From: Malacoraja senta
Lineage: Eukaryota
Direction: 5' to 3'
Assembly (NCBI GenBank): GCA_038087875.1
Contig: CM075990.1
Location: 5,520,001-5,584,000 of the forward strand
Length of the DNA: 64,000 nt
In this document: positions 49,047-61,093 of the stretch, piece by piece
Numbering within the stretch: the first letter of the stretch is position 1
Layout of the letters: each line of letters begins with the position of its first letter
The notes under the pieces: model-generated
Database searches by the model: none
Told to the model about the DNA's origin: nothing
The model's input: the letters and a program-made list of their open reading frames with translations, nothing else
Made by a program: the position numbers and the translations under genes

Positions 49047-51350
49047 TACACATGTCACAAACGCCTGTTCTTTTCGTAAGGATCTTCAGAAAGAATTTAA
49101 GATTTTGAAGAAAGGCATGCCAGTTGGTGGTAATAACATTAATTTGTCAGCAAGGCGGAGGAAACGTTTCAATTTCTCATGACATCTTCAAATGCAAGGA
49201 CGTTGGATAAATTGAGCAACTCCAATTGTTTCAGGGGTTTTTCGTTGCAAAGCAAATCTACAGAAGATAATTATGCTCAGGGTGTGAGGGACAGTTTGTG
49301 TGCCATGCTGTGTTCCGAGGTCAGTTTTCAGAGCTCGTGATTATACATTGCATTTGATTAAAGAAATGCAGCCTAAATGTTCTTCTGCATAGACAAAATC
49401 TGAGGCAATTGTTTGCAGCTTGTTGACGTCATTGTCAATGGAAGAACTGGATAATTTAAAGGAATGTTCATTTATCTCACTTAGATTTGGTTCATCAGAC
49501 AGAATAAGCCACAAGTGATTACAGATCCCGGTTTATGAGTTTTTCGAATGATTGGGGTGGAAACAAAAATCACAGGGTTTATTTCTCTGTCAGGCAAAAC
49601 CTTTGCCCCACCGAGTAGTCCTCTCCATCAACTGAACAGGAAAAAACATCACAGTGAAAAGCTTGTTGAACTAAAAGCAGAATTATCAAAGTACAACGTT
49701 TGGCCATGCTGAACAAGCTGCAGGAGTTTCCTGGCAAAAAATTGCAGATCAAACCAGGGAATTAAATATTTGGCAGACAAATATGCTGGAGAAACTCAGC
49801 GGGTGAGGCAGCATCTATGGAGCGAAGGGAATAGGAACGTTTCGGGCCGAAACCCTTCTTCAGACATTGGCTTTGCTTGAGGTGCTCACGTTGCACTTAA
49901 TCATTGAGGAAAAGTTGCCTGTCTTTTTCTTCACATAAATTCTGCCACGTTTACACAGTTTGTGTTGAAGAACAGATTGATTTTTTGCCAATTTGTGAAC
50001 CTTGTGTATTCTAAATAGCTGGAACACAGGTTCTCCTGTGTCACAGCAGGGTGCTGTTGGTAACACTAACAGTCTGCAAATTGGAAATGTGGCTACGGAC
50101 CAAGTTCCCACAGGGCAGAGGAATAGATAGTCTGGAGAAGCATTTTAAATCTCATTTTGTCATTCTTAATAATGAAGCTGATGTGAACAAATCTGTGCTG
50201 AGCCTACCTTGGGCTGATAATTATATTATTTAAAAATGATTTTACCACAGATGAGATTTTAAATGCTATTGACGGTTTTCAAAGAGATGGCTTGTCTCTA
50301 GGTGGGATTTGCAAATTGAACATGTACATGTTAACCAGATATATCCTTCTGGCGTTTGGTAAAATTCCAAGTACTATCAAGAACGGCTGCCTGCAACCCC
50401 TCAGCAGCCAGCAAATCCACCCTGCTGGTCTCCAAACAATTGTACACCATGTGCAGGATGTACATAAATCAGGTGTTCGTAACCTGGCAAGAACATGTAT
50501 GGCAACACAAGGCAGACACAGAGTGCTGGTGTAACTCCACGGGTCAGGCAGTATCTCTGGAGAAAAAGGATAAGGGACATTTCGGGTCGGGACCCTTCTT
50601 CTGACTGTGTGCAGCACAAGGACCCAAACTCATGAACATTTTGATACTTGCAGAGCTGAAGGCGTATTTCTATTGCAAGGAAAGTGCATTTTACATGCTG
50701 AGAAACATTTTTATGACACCTACACCAATTGTGGTTTGCTTTTGCAAGTAAACGAAGAGCCATCTTTTAAAAGATCACGTTGTTTGCTGGAAAAATTGAA
50801 TCGCCCAGTGACTGAAGTTACATTGGAAATCCACGACCTTTGAGAAAACTAGCCGAGAGGCTCACAGGATGGCTTGTCATAGCAGACACAAATATATTTT
50901 ATCAGTGTTTTGCTGATGAGGGGGAAAGCTGTGGAGTGGAATTCTTTAATGCAGCCATTAATGTTTCCACAACAGCTTTAAGTTGCACTGAACTTTGGAC
51001 TTTGAATAATAGAAGCAAAATAGTGGAGCCTGCATGTTAAATATGCAAAAAAAAAATTATGTGCAGTTGCGTATGTGACAAATAAAGCACTTCTAAACTA
51101 TTCAACTGAGATCTATGGAAAATGACAAATTTGTCCACAGAACAGTTTAAGGGGTCTTGTTGAAGAACATGCCCAGAGTAGAATGATACACAAAACAGCC
51201 TGCCGCTTGCCAATAAGAACTGGCACCCAAGTTTTTATTGATATAAATTGTCTATTTGTGGAATGGACAAATGGAAAAGCAATAATCTGCAAAGGCAGAC
51301 TGATGTGTTTGGAATACCAATTTCTGGAAGGAGATACAATGATTTTTTTC
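49047..51350 (+). pseudogene. Decayed hAT-superfamily transposase fossil with later insertions
   Basis: Collinear degenerate motifs: CSFRKDLQKEFKILKK, EGQFVCHAV, SSA*TKSEAIVCSLL..LS.EEL..LKECSFISL, ELKAY(F)LLQGKC, and a C-terminal dimerization-like segment. Many stops and frameshifts. Confidence 0.6.
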
Positions 51351-51361
51351 AATGGACACGA

Positions 51362-51950
51362 AAGTAAGTAAGTAAGTAAATAAGTAAGTAAGTTTATTGG
51401 CCAAGTTCACATACAAGGAATTTGTCTTGGTGCTCCGCCCACAAGTAACAACATGACATACAGTGACAGTTACGAATGACTCCGAAAACACTAAACATTA
51501 ATAATAATAAAACATTAATGATAAAACACCATTGATCAAGCATGTGAACCAACAAAATACCAGATCAAAGGGAGGCTACAGATTTTGGTTGTTGAGCAGC
51601 AGCAACTACTCGTGGATAAAAACTGTTTTTATGTCAGGCTCTGGCAGCTTTGACAATCCGGAGTCGCCTTCCAGAGGGAAGTGATTCAAAGAGTTTGTGG
51701 CCAGGGTGAGAGGGGTCAGAGATGATCTTGCCCGCTCGCTTCCTGGCCCTTGCAGTGTACAGTTCATCAATGGAGGGAAGGTTGCAGCCAATAACCTTCT
51801 CTGCTGATCGGACGATTCGCTGCAGCCTCCAGGTGTCGTGCTTGGTGGCTGAGCGAAACCAGACGTTGATGGAGAAGGTGAGAACAGACTCTACGAAGGC
51901 CGTGTAGAATTGGACCATCATTGCCTGTGGCAGATTGTGCTTCCTCAGCT
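51362..51950 (-). mobile_element. Rex1/Babar LINE 3' end
   Basis: QLRKHNLPQAMMVQFYTAFVESVLTFSI.VWF...LQRIVRSAEKVIG...DPSHPGHKLFESLPSGRRLR; (TTAC)n tail. Confidence 0.85.
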
Positions 51951-52671
51951 GTAGTGGAAGACTCGGATCCAGCAAAAAAGCAAGAGCTGATACAGTATCC
52001 ACTTGGCAGCACAGCCTTGCTGAACGCATCTTTTCAATAGTGAACACAGCCTCGTCACCTGTAAAGTCGCACATCAATAACTCGATAATGAAGGCTGTTT
52101 TGTTTGTGTGCGTACATTTTGACCTTCAGACTTTTGTGATTAATTGTTGAAAATAAATGGAGTTACAAAAGATTGCTTCAGAAGAAAAATTCAACTGTTA
52201 GAACCATTACCCTACAGCAGCACAATGACAAGAGGGCAAGAGACAATAGGTTTTAACTGTAAATATTGCTATTTTATTATTAATTTCAACTATTGCAATA
52301 TGTTGTAAAAGCTACCAGTTTTTTTCCTTTTTAACGTTTTTATATTTAAGTAGTTTTGCATTTCACCTCATTGATTTTGAACGAGTTCACACTGCAGACA
52401 TGGAGGGATTTTGTTGGGTGTTGTGTTGGGCAACTCCTTGCTGCTTTACAAAAGTCAGCGTCCCTTATTCAGACACTGTAAGGATCGATGGTCCCTAGTC
52501 TAAGATAGTTCTAAATTAGAGGCCAAAAATGTTGATGGTGACCAATAAATTCAATGCAATACTCAGAGATTCTCAGCCACCCAAAGAGTGGGCAGAAACT
52601 GTTTTCCTGTGGGAAGTTTAACACAAAAAGAAAGCTAAATAAACCCATGAGAAAGAAAGTGCTGTAATATA

Positions 52672-53040
52672 ACATATAAGATTGTTAAGGGCTTGGACAC
52701 GCTAGAGGCAGGAAACATGTTCCCGATGTTGGGGGAGTCCAGAACCAGGGGCCACAGTTTAGGAATAAGGAGTAAGCCATTTAGAACGGAGACGAGGAAA
52801 CACTTTTTCTCACAGAGAGTGGTGAGTCTGTGGAATTCTCTGCCTCAGAGGGCAGTGGAGGCGGGTTCTCTGGATGCTTTCAAGAGAGAGCTAGATAGGG
52901 CTCTTAAAAATAGCGGAGTCAGGGGATATGGGGAGAAGGCAGGAACGGGGTACTGATTGGGGATGATCTGCCATGATCACATTGAATGGCTCGAAGGGCC
53001 GAATGGCCTACTCCTGCACCTATTGTCTATTGTCTATTGT
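52672..53040 (+). mobile_element. CR1 LINE 3' fragment
   Basis: LEAGNMFPMLGESRTRGHSL...GYGEKAGTGY; (CTATTGT)n tail. Confidence 0.9.
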
Positions 53041-53354
53041 AATGGAGCGGAATGCTAAAAGATTTTAAAGTACAGTGTAACAGGAAGACGCTGATGAGGA
53101 TCTTCAGACAGAGACCAGCTTGGTTGAATAGTCCCATACTTTGCTTTAAATGTTATCTAATCCAAGGCCAGTTCCATAGAAGAATGTTGATAAATCTATA
53201 GCTAAAAATAAACCACAAACTAAAAGCCTTAAGCCAACAAATGCACAGGCTCATAACTGATAGGGTGCCAAACATACACCAGACTGATACTGTGACTGGA
53301 ATGAAACAGATTCAAGCTATGTAAACAATCATTCAATACCTTTGCAATTTTAAT

Positions 53355-53650
53355 TTAGTTTAGTTTAGTTTAGAGATACAACATGGAAACAGGCTCTTCG
53401 GCCCACTGAGTCCACACCGACCAATGATCACCTGTGCACTAGTTCTATCCTACACCATAGGGATAATTTACAGAAGCCAACTTACAAACCTGCACGTCCT
53501 TGGAATGCGGCAGGAAACCAGAGCACCCATAGAAATGGTCATAGGGACAACATACAAACTCCGTACAGACAATATCCGTAGTCCGGATCAAACCTGAGCT
53601 TCCGGCACTGTAAGGCAGCAACTCTACCACTGCGCCACTTTACCGCCCTT
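53355..53650 (-). mobile_element. V-SINE (HE1-like)
   Basis: Reverse-strand copy with (AGTTT)n tail. Confidence 0.8.
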
Positions 53651-54416
53651 CGGACACATTTTTAGCTTTAAATACTGTTTTAAGATGTTTCAAACGGCTG
53701 GCCATTTATTATTTTGTTTCTGTGCAATAAATGGCAAGCAAGAACAACTATTTGTGGATGATTCAAATAAAACCAATTTAGTTGTCAGACCACCAACATT
53801 GACCTAACACAGACTCACATAGTAAAGGGTTTGTGTTACTCCTCGTGGCATATTTCCATCAGTTGAAAGTCTTTTTTTAATCATTGTCTTTAATAAAGAC
53901 AATGGGACACAATATAATCCGGTGAAGCAGGAAATCTATCCGGTGTAGATTTAAAATTAGCCCTTAATGTTTTCTATTTTATGCTTACAATGTGATAGTT
54001 TAACATTAAAAAAGCAGCAATAGAATCTGAGAAGATCTAGTTAATTGACTTTGAATTTAAATAATGGGAAGACTTTGGCAATTCTTCGAGACCAACCAAA
54101 CCTCTAATTTCCAGTCCAGTATTATCACCCCTCTCTCTCCACCATCTGAGGTTGAGCAGGATCTGATGCAGCGCTTTGACCCAAAACATCAACAATTAAT
54201 TTCCCCCCATAGATGCTGCTTGTCCCACTGAACTCCTCCAACAGATTGCTTGCTGCTGAAGACCATTCATAATTTTGGCATCCTATTTTGCCAGGAGCAG
54301 AGTTTCTTAACCATTATCATCTGCTTCACTAAAGTTGTCTCCATAACATTGACCCATCTCATGCCTCACTTAATTTCCTTTTTGAAATCTTTGCCAATTG
54401 TTTTATCTATAGGCAC

Positions 54417-55500
54417 GGGCAGGCATGGTGGTACAGTGGTAGAGTTGCTGCCTTACAGTGCCAGAGACCCGGGTTCAATCCTGACTACGGGTGCTGTTGT
54501 ATGGAGTTTGTACATTTCCCCTGTGACTGTGTGGGTTTTCTCCGAGATCTTCGTTTCCTCCCAACCTCCAAAGATGTACAGGTTTGTAGGTTAATTGGCT
54601 TGGTATAGATGTCAATTGTCCCTAGTGTGTGTAGGATAGTGTTACTGTGCGGGGATCGCTGGTCGACCCGGACTCGGTGGGCCGAAGGGCCTGTTTCCAC
54701 GCTGTAAAGAGCCTGTCCCACTGACGTGACTTTACAGCGACTGTCTTCGACCTTCAAGCTCGAGGGCACTCGCCTGGAAAACCTCGAGCTGGATCGACCG
54801 TCAGCGATGAAACCTTGAGCTGGATCGACCGACCACACACACACACACAAACACATCGCAAAGGTGGGGGCCAGGGAAAGCGGGGAGCGCTGTCTGAAAT
54901 TCACACCCGCGATGAACAGGAAGGTAAAAGACGGCCGCACAGTGTACGGTAAGTCCTTTAGAAAGCGCGGAGGGGGGGGGGGGGAGAGAGAAGGGGAGAG
55001 AACAGGGGAGAGAAGGGGAGAGAATGGGAGAGAAGGGGAGAGACGGGGAGAAGGAGTGGAGACACTTTTAAGAAGTCAGACAACGTTTAATAAAGTTTAG
55101 CGGGCATTTAAATTACCGGTTGGTTTTCCTTGGTCCTGAAAACTCCAATGAGCCAATTAAAATGCCCGGTCAGCGAAGGAGATTGCCTACGGCTGCCCTC
55201 GACTGCCTGTAACTACATAGCGACCCCACTCCGCTGCACTACGAGTTCAAAAGAACCATGCCGACCAATTTTTATTCGCGGAAAAATTTTCAACATGCTG
55301 AAATTTTTTCCTCGACCAAACTGAGGCCGCAAGTATGCGGGAACTTCCCTCGAGCATGAAGGAGAGTTCCAGTGATCTCATAGGACCTCCTAGGACCACG
55401 TGTCGACCATGCTGCGAGTTTGTCGAGAGCAAACTCTTCTAAACTCACAGATTAGGTCGCCGCAGTGGGACAGCCCCTTTACTCTAAACCAAATGAAACT
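54417..55500 (+). mobile_element. V-SINE (HE1-like) with nested TIR element
   Basis: SINE body 54417-54704; tail resumes after 55481. Confidence 0.8.
54708..55478. mobile_element. PIF/Harbinger-like TIR element inserted in a V-SINE tail
   Basis: AGAGCCTGTCCCACTG...CAGTGGGACAGCCCCT; flanks TAA/TTA; the SINE tail resumes at ctctaaac. Confidence 0.8.
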
Positions 55501-57107
55501 ATAGAATGAACTCTTTCTGTGTAATCCTTGCCAGCCTCTTGTCTTCCAAACTCATCCTTTCTGCCCTAACACTCTAAGAAAAACAACTTGCTTTAAAGTG
55601 GTACTTTTATTTCATTATAAAATATTACTCGCTTCAGAGTAGTATTATCAAATAAAAATTGGTAAAGCTATGTAAAGCAATATTAGAGCAGTTGAAATCA
55701 AGCTTGCAAAAAAAGCTGTAGATAGCACTGCATTTGGATCAATCACTTTGGCATTTTTGCAATGAAGCCATAATAGTTCAGTGCAACACTTGGTTATCAT
55801 TAAGAGACTCTAACATTAAGATCCATTTTGAATATGCTGAAATTTAGCTGATAATTTAATTAATTTTCCCTCCAGATTAATTTAGGATGTTGCCTTGTGT
55901 AGCATTGGGAGTCTGATATGGCATCTATCATTACTCAAGATGTCCCACATCACTGTGCAGCCAGGAAAGAAATACTGAGATGTAGTCACTATTGTAATGT
56001 GTGACATGGAACAGGTAATCCTCACAGGACAAATTCACATAGACTATGATAAAATAATTGAACTTATTTTTCTTTTAGGGAAGTTGGATGAGGTATAAAT
56101 ATTGGCCAGCAAAACTGCCCTCCCTTTTCCAAACAGCATCTTTGGATTTATTACGATAGACACAAACTGCTGGAGTAACTCAGCAGGACCTGCAGCATCT
56201 CTGGAGAGAAGGATTTATTACATTCTTTATTTATTTGGATTTATTACGTTCACTTGAGACGGCATTTGGGGGCTCAACCAGAATACACTCCCTCACTGTA
56301 GAAACAAAGAACTGCTGATGTTGGTTTATACCAAAGATAGACACAAAGTGCTGGAATAACTCAGCACATCAGGCAGCATCACTGGAGAAAAAGGATAGGC
56401 GATGTTTAGAAGATAGACAGAAAATGCTGGAGTAACTCGGCGGGACAGGCAGCAGCTCTGGAGAGAAGAAATGGATGATGTTTCAGGTGGGGACCCTTCT
56501 TCAGACTCTTGCTTAGTGTACTCACCCTATTATTTGCACACTTAAATGGGGATTGAACCCACATTTGGCACAGAGCAATGAATGGTGTAAGAAAGAACTG
56601 CAGATGCTGGTTTAAATTGAAGGTAGACACAAAATGCTGGAGTAACTCAGTTGGTGAGGCAGCATCTCTGGAGAGAAGGAATGGGAGATGTTTTGGGTCG
56701 AGACCCTTCTTCAGACCAGTGAATGGTGTAACTGGGCCACACCTTCCACCACTGGTATGCTGCATGACCGGATCACCCAGCCCATGCTGACACAAATTAC
56801 TCCTCCCCTCCAAAAGGCTTTTACTCTTAAGGTCACTGGGTCATAGAGCACAGAAACGGGATTTTGCCCCCTCGCCCCGTATCCATGCCGACCATGAAGT
56901 AACAATGATTCTAATCCCATCTTTGAGCACTTGACCCATAGACCTCCACAGAGTGTTTCAAATGCTCATCTATGTACTTCTTCTTAAGTGTATGAAAGGA
57001 CTTGCCTTCACGACCCTGGGGAAGTGTTTTCCAGATCTCAATCACCTTTGGAGTGAAAACAAATGTTTTCAAACCCCTTCGAAATCTCCTACCCTTTTCT
57101 TTATACA

Positions 57108-57660
57108 TATGCTGTCTGATTTGGGGGAAACAAAGATTACAGAGAGTGCCAGACCCTGCCCCATCCATCACCGATACTGACTTCCCCACCATCAAAAGGA
57201 TCTATAGGAAACTGCCTCAAAAAGGCAGTCCAAATCATCAGAGGCCCACATCGATTTAACCACACTCTCGTTTTGCTCCTACCATCGAAAAGAAGGTATC
57301 TGAAAACCATGACCACCAGGTTCAAGAATAGTTTCTTCCCAACAACTATAATGCTATTGAACGCTACACATCACTAACTATGTAGTTCCTTTTCTCCAGA
57401 TATGCTGCCTGACCCTCTGGGTTACTCTAGCATTTAGTGCCTACCTTAGGCGTAAACCAGCATTTGCAGTTCCTTCCTGCACTAACTATGTACCTATGTG
57501 GACTGTATTTGATTGCACTGAGGACTTTGGCTTTTTTTTTACAATAGTATTGTGGTTTATTGATTTTCTAAAATTGTAAAAAATTGTGATTACAGGTTTG
57601 TTATGCTGCTGCAAGTAAGAATTTCTTGTTCCGTTGTCTGTATGACAATGAAACATTCTC
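57108..57660 (+). mobile_element. Decayed Rex1-like LINE 3' end
   Basis: RLQRV..A.SITDTDFPTIKRIY, LLPS..R and TTRFKNSFFP remnants plus 3' UTR. Confidence 0.6.
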
Positions 57661-58189
57661 GACTCTTTCCAATCCTTTCTATATTACAAAAGTATTTCAC
57701 CGTTTAGGTGATATTTAAATGGAATCTTCCTTTGCAAAATGGTATTAACTCGTGCCATTCCCCATTGTTTAAAGGGTGGTGTACACTTGAACGTGCAGGA
57801 CACTTAGGAGCAAGTCCCTCAAGCTTGTTGTGCCAATCGATAAAATAATGGTTGTTCTAATTGAAAACGTATCTATTTATCTCAATAAATTTCCATTTCC
57901 CTTGCTAACTCAAGAATCTACCCACTTCTATCTTTAAAATATTCGAAGCCTTTTGCTTCCACGGTTGTTTAAGAGACAGTGTTCCAGACTCTTGTCAGCG
58001 AGAAAGGAAATTCACCGCATTTCCCCCTTACATCGGCGATCCCTTATTTTATTTTTTTTGAGTAGTTCCCTCTGGTTCCAAATTCAACATCTAGTTGAAA
58101 AATCGTCTCCCTATCCAGGCGATCCAGACTCTCTGCTCCCCCCATATCACGTTTCAATGAAACAATTGCACTAATGAAGGAACAGTGGA

Positions 58190-59400
58190 GAATACGTGAT
58201 GGAAGAGAAGGGCCCCTTTAAAAGATTACACCCATGCATGAGCACAAATGAAGATTTGTTGTGTGTACGCCTTCCCTCCCGTCTCACTGCAAGTAGGCGG
58301 TGCTGCCTGGCTGGAGTTGGTTCGCTGCTGGGTTGAGGTTGGAGGTGTGCTGAAGGCTGAAAGAGGGGTGAACAGGGTGCGATTTAAAGCATTAAACTTT
58401 TTGTTTTTTGATTTTTTTATAAAAATAACTACATTTCAGAAAAGATGTCTGCAAGTTGCCAGCAAAGCCAATGCCGAGTGATTCCCACCAGGACAGTGGT
58501 TCTGAACGATACAACGCAGCTACCTCGTGATTATTGCACTACACCGGGAGGAACGCTGTTCTCCACCACTCCCGGAGGTAAATCCATGTTGGCGATCAGT
58601 AAATGCAACCTTGCTGGGTTGTGCTTTGGCTTTTATGTCTTCAATAAATCAGGCAAATGCACATGGGCCTGGTACGAGTACTTCCCTTTAAATCCGTTTG
58701 TTAAAAAAAAAAAAAAGAGTGGGTGGAGAAGCTGTAAGACAACTGTGCGATTGCACAAGGAAACTTAGTACTGGGTTAAAAATTAGCTTGGTTTGCTGAA
58801 CATTTGCTGCTGTTGCGCCGAGTTGCTCGGTTCCGTTCGCATAATAAACAAACCAGTGTGCAGGCCGATTTGGCAAGAGCCTTCACCTCGTGTTGCCGAA
58901 CCTGAGCGGAGTTAACTTTTCACAGCCTGCATGTTTTATTTCCCCCCCCCCCCACCCTCCTTTGCAAATTGTAAGTGTACCGTGGTGTAATCACAATTAA
59001 TGCAGCTATGCGAGAATGCTACACACAATTTCTTGCATTAAACAGCTTTATTTGAAATGCACATTTCAGGACTAAATTCGCTGCTCGAATTCGGACCGGA
59101 TTGGGTTAATTTCCTGTTTGTTGCAAACACTCGGGTCTGTTAACGGTGCTTCAATGAGCGTCTTTAATGCGGGTTATTTGGCTTATTTTTGCTTCTGCAG
59201 GGGGAAATTAACGTGCATGCATTTGTTTTTGCTCCCCCCCCCCCCTCCCCCGAGGTTGGATTGCATGTCTTGTACTCGTGATCCTGTCACGTATAAAGCG
59301 AGTCAGCAACACCCGCCTCTTCCCCCTCGGCCAAAGCCTTGCCTGTCCATTAATTCCTCGCCATTTGCCTGAATCGCGCAGAGAGCTGCTTTAAGGGACC
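58190..59400 (+). promoter_or_regulatory. Probable promoter/5'UTR and proximal intron 1 of the 4E-BP gene
   Basis: Repeat-free stretch with visibly more CpG than its flanks, surrounding the first coding exon. The TSS cannot be placed from sequence. Confidence 0.45.
58445..58577 (+). CDS. EIF4EBP2: Eukaryotic translation initiation factor 4E-binding protein, coding exon 1 (most like 4E-BP2; paralog assignment tentative)
   Basis: [44 protein letters not shown](G) closely matches the 4E-BP2 N-terminus (RAIPTRTV...[21 protein letters not shown]), including the T37/T46 TP sites. It ends at a phase-1 donor G|gtaaat at the conserved position. Exon 2 (TRIIYDRKFLL) is not in the window. Confidence 0.9.
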
Positions 59401-60238
59401 ATTTAAATTCAGGCAGAGTCAGAACAAGAGATTTCTCAATTTGGTTTAAGGATGGCTCAAATAAATGAAAAATGCAGCAGGTCCCACCAAACCACAGCAG
59501 ATAAGTCACAACAAAAGAATTTTTCTAACTTAATCAGGTGATGGTAACTTCGTATTTCATTGGTGTTTTCCCTGAGCATAGGACATCCCAAGCATTTTCT
59601 GGCCAATGAGGTGGATATCATTTTTTGAAGGTGGTTGTGGTTGTAATGTGGGGAATACTGCAGCCAATATGGATACTGCAGGCTTGCACACACAATGTGA
59701 TTGGGACAGATAATCGGGTTTAATGAAATAAAATCGGACAATGCTGCAAAAATCTCAGCTGGTCAGGCGGCATCTGTGCAATGATACACAGTTCATGTAC
59801 CTTCATCAGAACAATTGCATTTGTGATTTTAAAAAAATCGAGTAACTCAGCAGGTCAGGCAACATCCCTGGAGAACATGGATATGTGATTTGTTTAGGGA
59901 GGAGCTGTAGATGCTGGTTTAAACTGAAGATAGACACAATGTTGGAGTAACTCAGCGGGCGGGACAGGCAGCATCTCTGGAGCAAAGGAATGAGAGGGTC
60001 TTGACCCGAAACATCACCCATTCCTTCTCTAGAGTTGCTGTCTTTCCTGCTGAGTTACTCCAGTATCTTGTGTCTATGGATAGATGTTTTGGGTTGGGGC
60101 CCTTTTATTTTTTTTTTAAACCAGTATCTGCAGTTCCTTGTTTCTACTACTTGTTTTGCATGACATGGAGACTGAAAAATATTCACCGCACTCATTTGCA
60201 ACTGCCCGAGAGGGAAGCTAGGTATCAGTTTAAAATTG

Positions 60239-61093
60239 AAGGTAGACACAAAATGCTGGAGTAAGACTAGTGGGAGAACTGGGAAGGGGACGGAGAGAGA
60301 AAGCAAGGGCTATCTGAAGTTAGAGGTCATTGTTCATATCGCTGGGGTGTAAACTACCCAAGCAAAATATGAGGTGCTGTTCCTCCAATTTGCGCTGGGC
60401 CTCACTCTGACAATGGAGGAGGCCCAGGACAGAAAGGTCAGATTGGGAATGGGAGAGGGAGTTGAAGTGCTAAGCCACGGGGAGATCAGGTAGGTTAAGA
60501 CGGACTGAGCGGAGGTGTTCAGTGAAACGATCGCCGAGCCTGCTCTTGGTCTCGCCGAGGTAGAGAAGTTGACACCTGGAACAGCGGATACAGTAGATGA
60601 TGTTGGAGGGGGTGCAAGTGAACCTCTGCTTCACCTGGAAAGACTATTTGGGTCCTTGGATGGAGTCTAGGGGGGAGGTAAAGGGACAGGTTGCAGGGGA
60701 AAGTACCTGGGGAGGGGATGGTTTGGGTGGGAAGGGACGAGTTGACCAGAGTTTCGAAGGGAATGGTCTCTGCAGAAAGAGGTGGAGATGGGAAGATGTG
60801 GCCAGTAGTGGGATCCCGTTGGAGGTGGCAAAAATGTTGGAGGATTGTATGCTGTACGCGACGGCTGATGGGTGGTAGGTGAGGACAAAGGGGACTCTGT
60901 CCACGTTACGAATGGGGGGGGGGGGTAAGAGCGGAGCTGCGGGATATCGAGGAGACTTAGCGAGAGCCTCATCTATAATGGAAGAGGGGTACCCCATTCC
61001 TTCTCTCCAGAGATGCTGCCTCACCCGCTGAGTTACTCCAGCATTTTGTGTCAACCTTCGATTTAAACCAGCATCTGCAGATCTTTCTTACAC
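60239..61093 (-). mobile_element. Penelope-like element with inverted terminal repeat, in 4E-BP intron 1
   Basis: GIY-YIG and linker remnants (GYPSSIIDEAL..RVPFVLTYHP); inverted pLTR at ~60990-61093; 15-bp TSD ATCAGTTTAAAATTG at 60224-60238 and 61094-61108. Confidence 0.85.

Noticed and set aside
58578..58768. Continuation of the 107-aa ORF after TTPGG
   Set aside because: 4E-BP similarity stops exactly at the conserved GT donor; the rest is intron.
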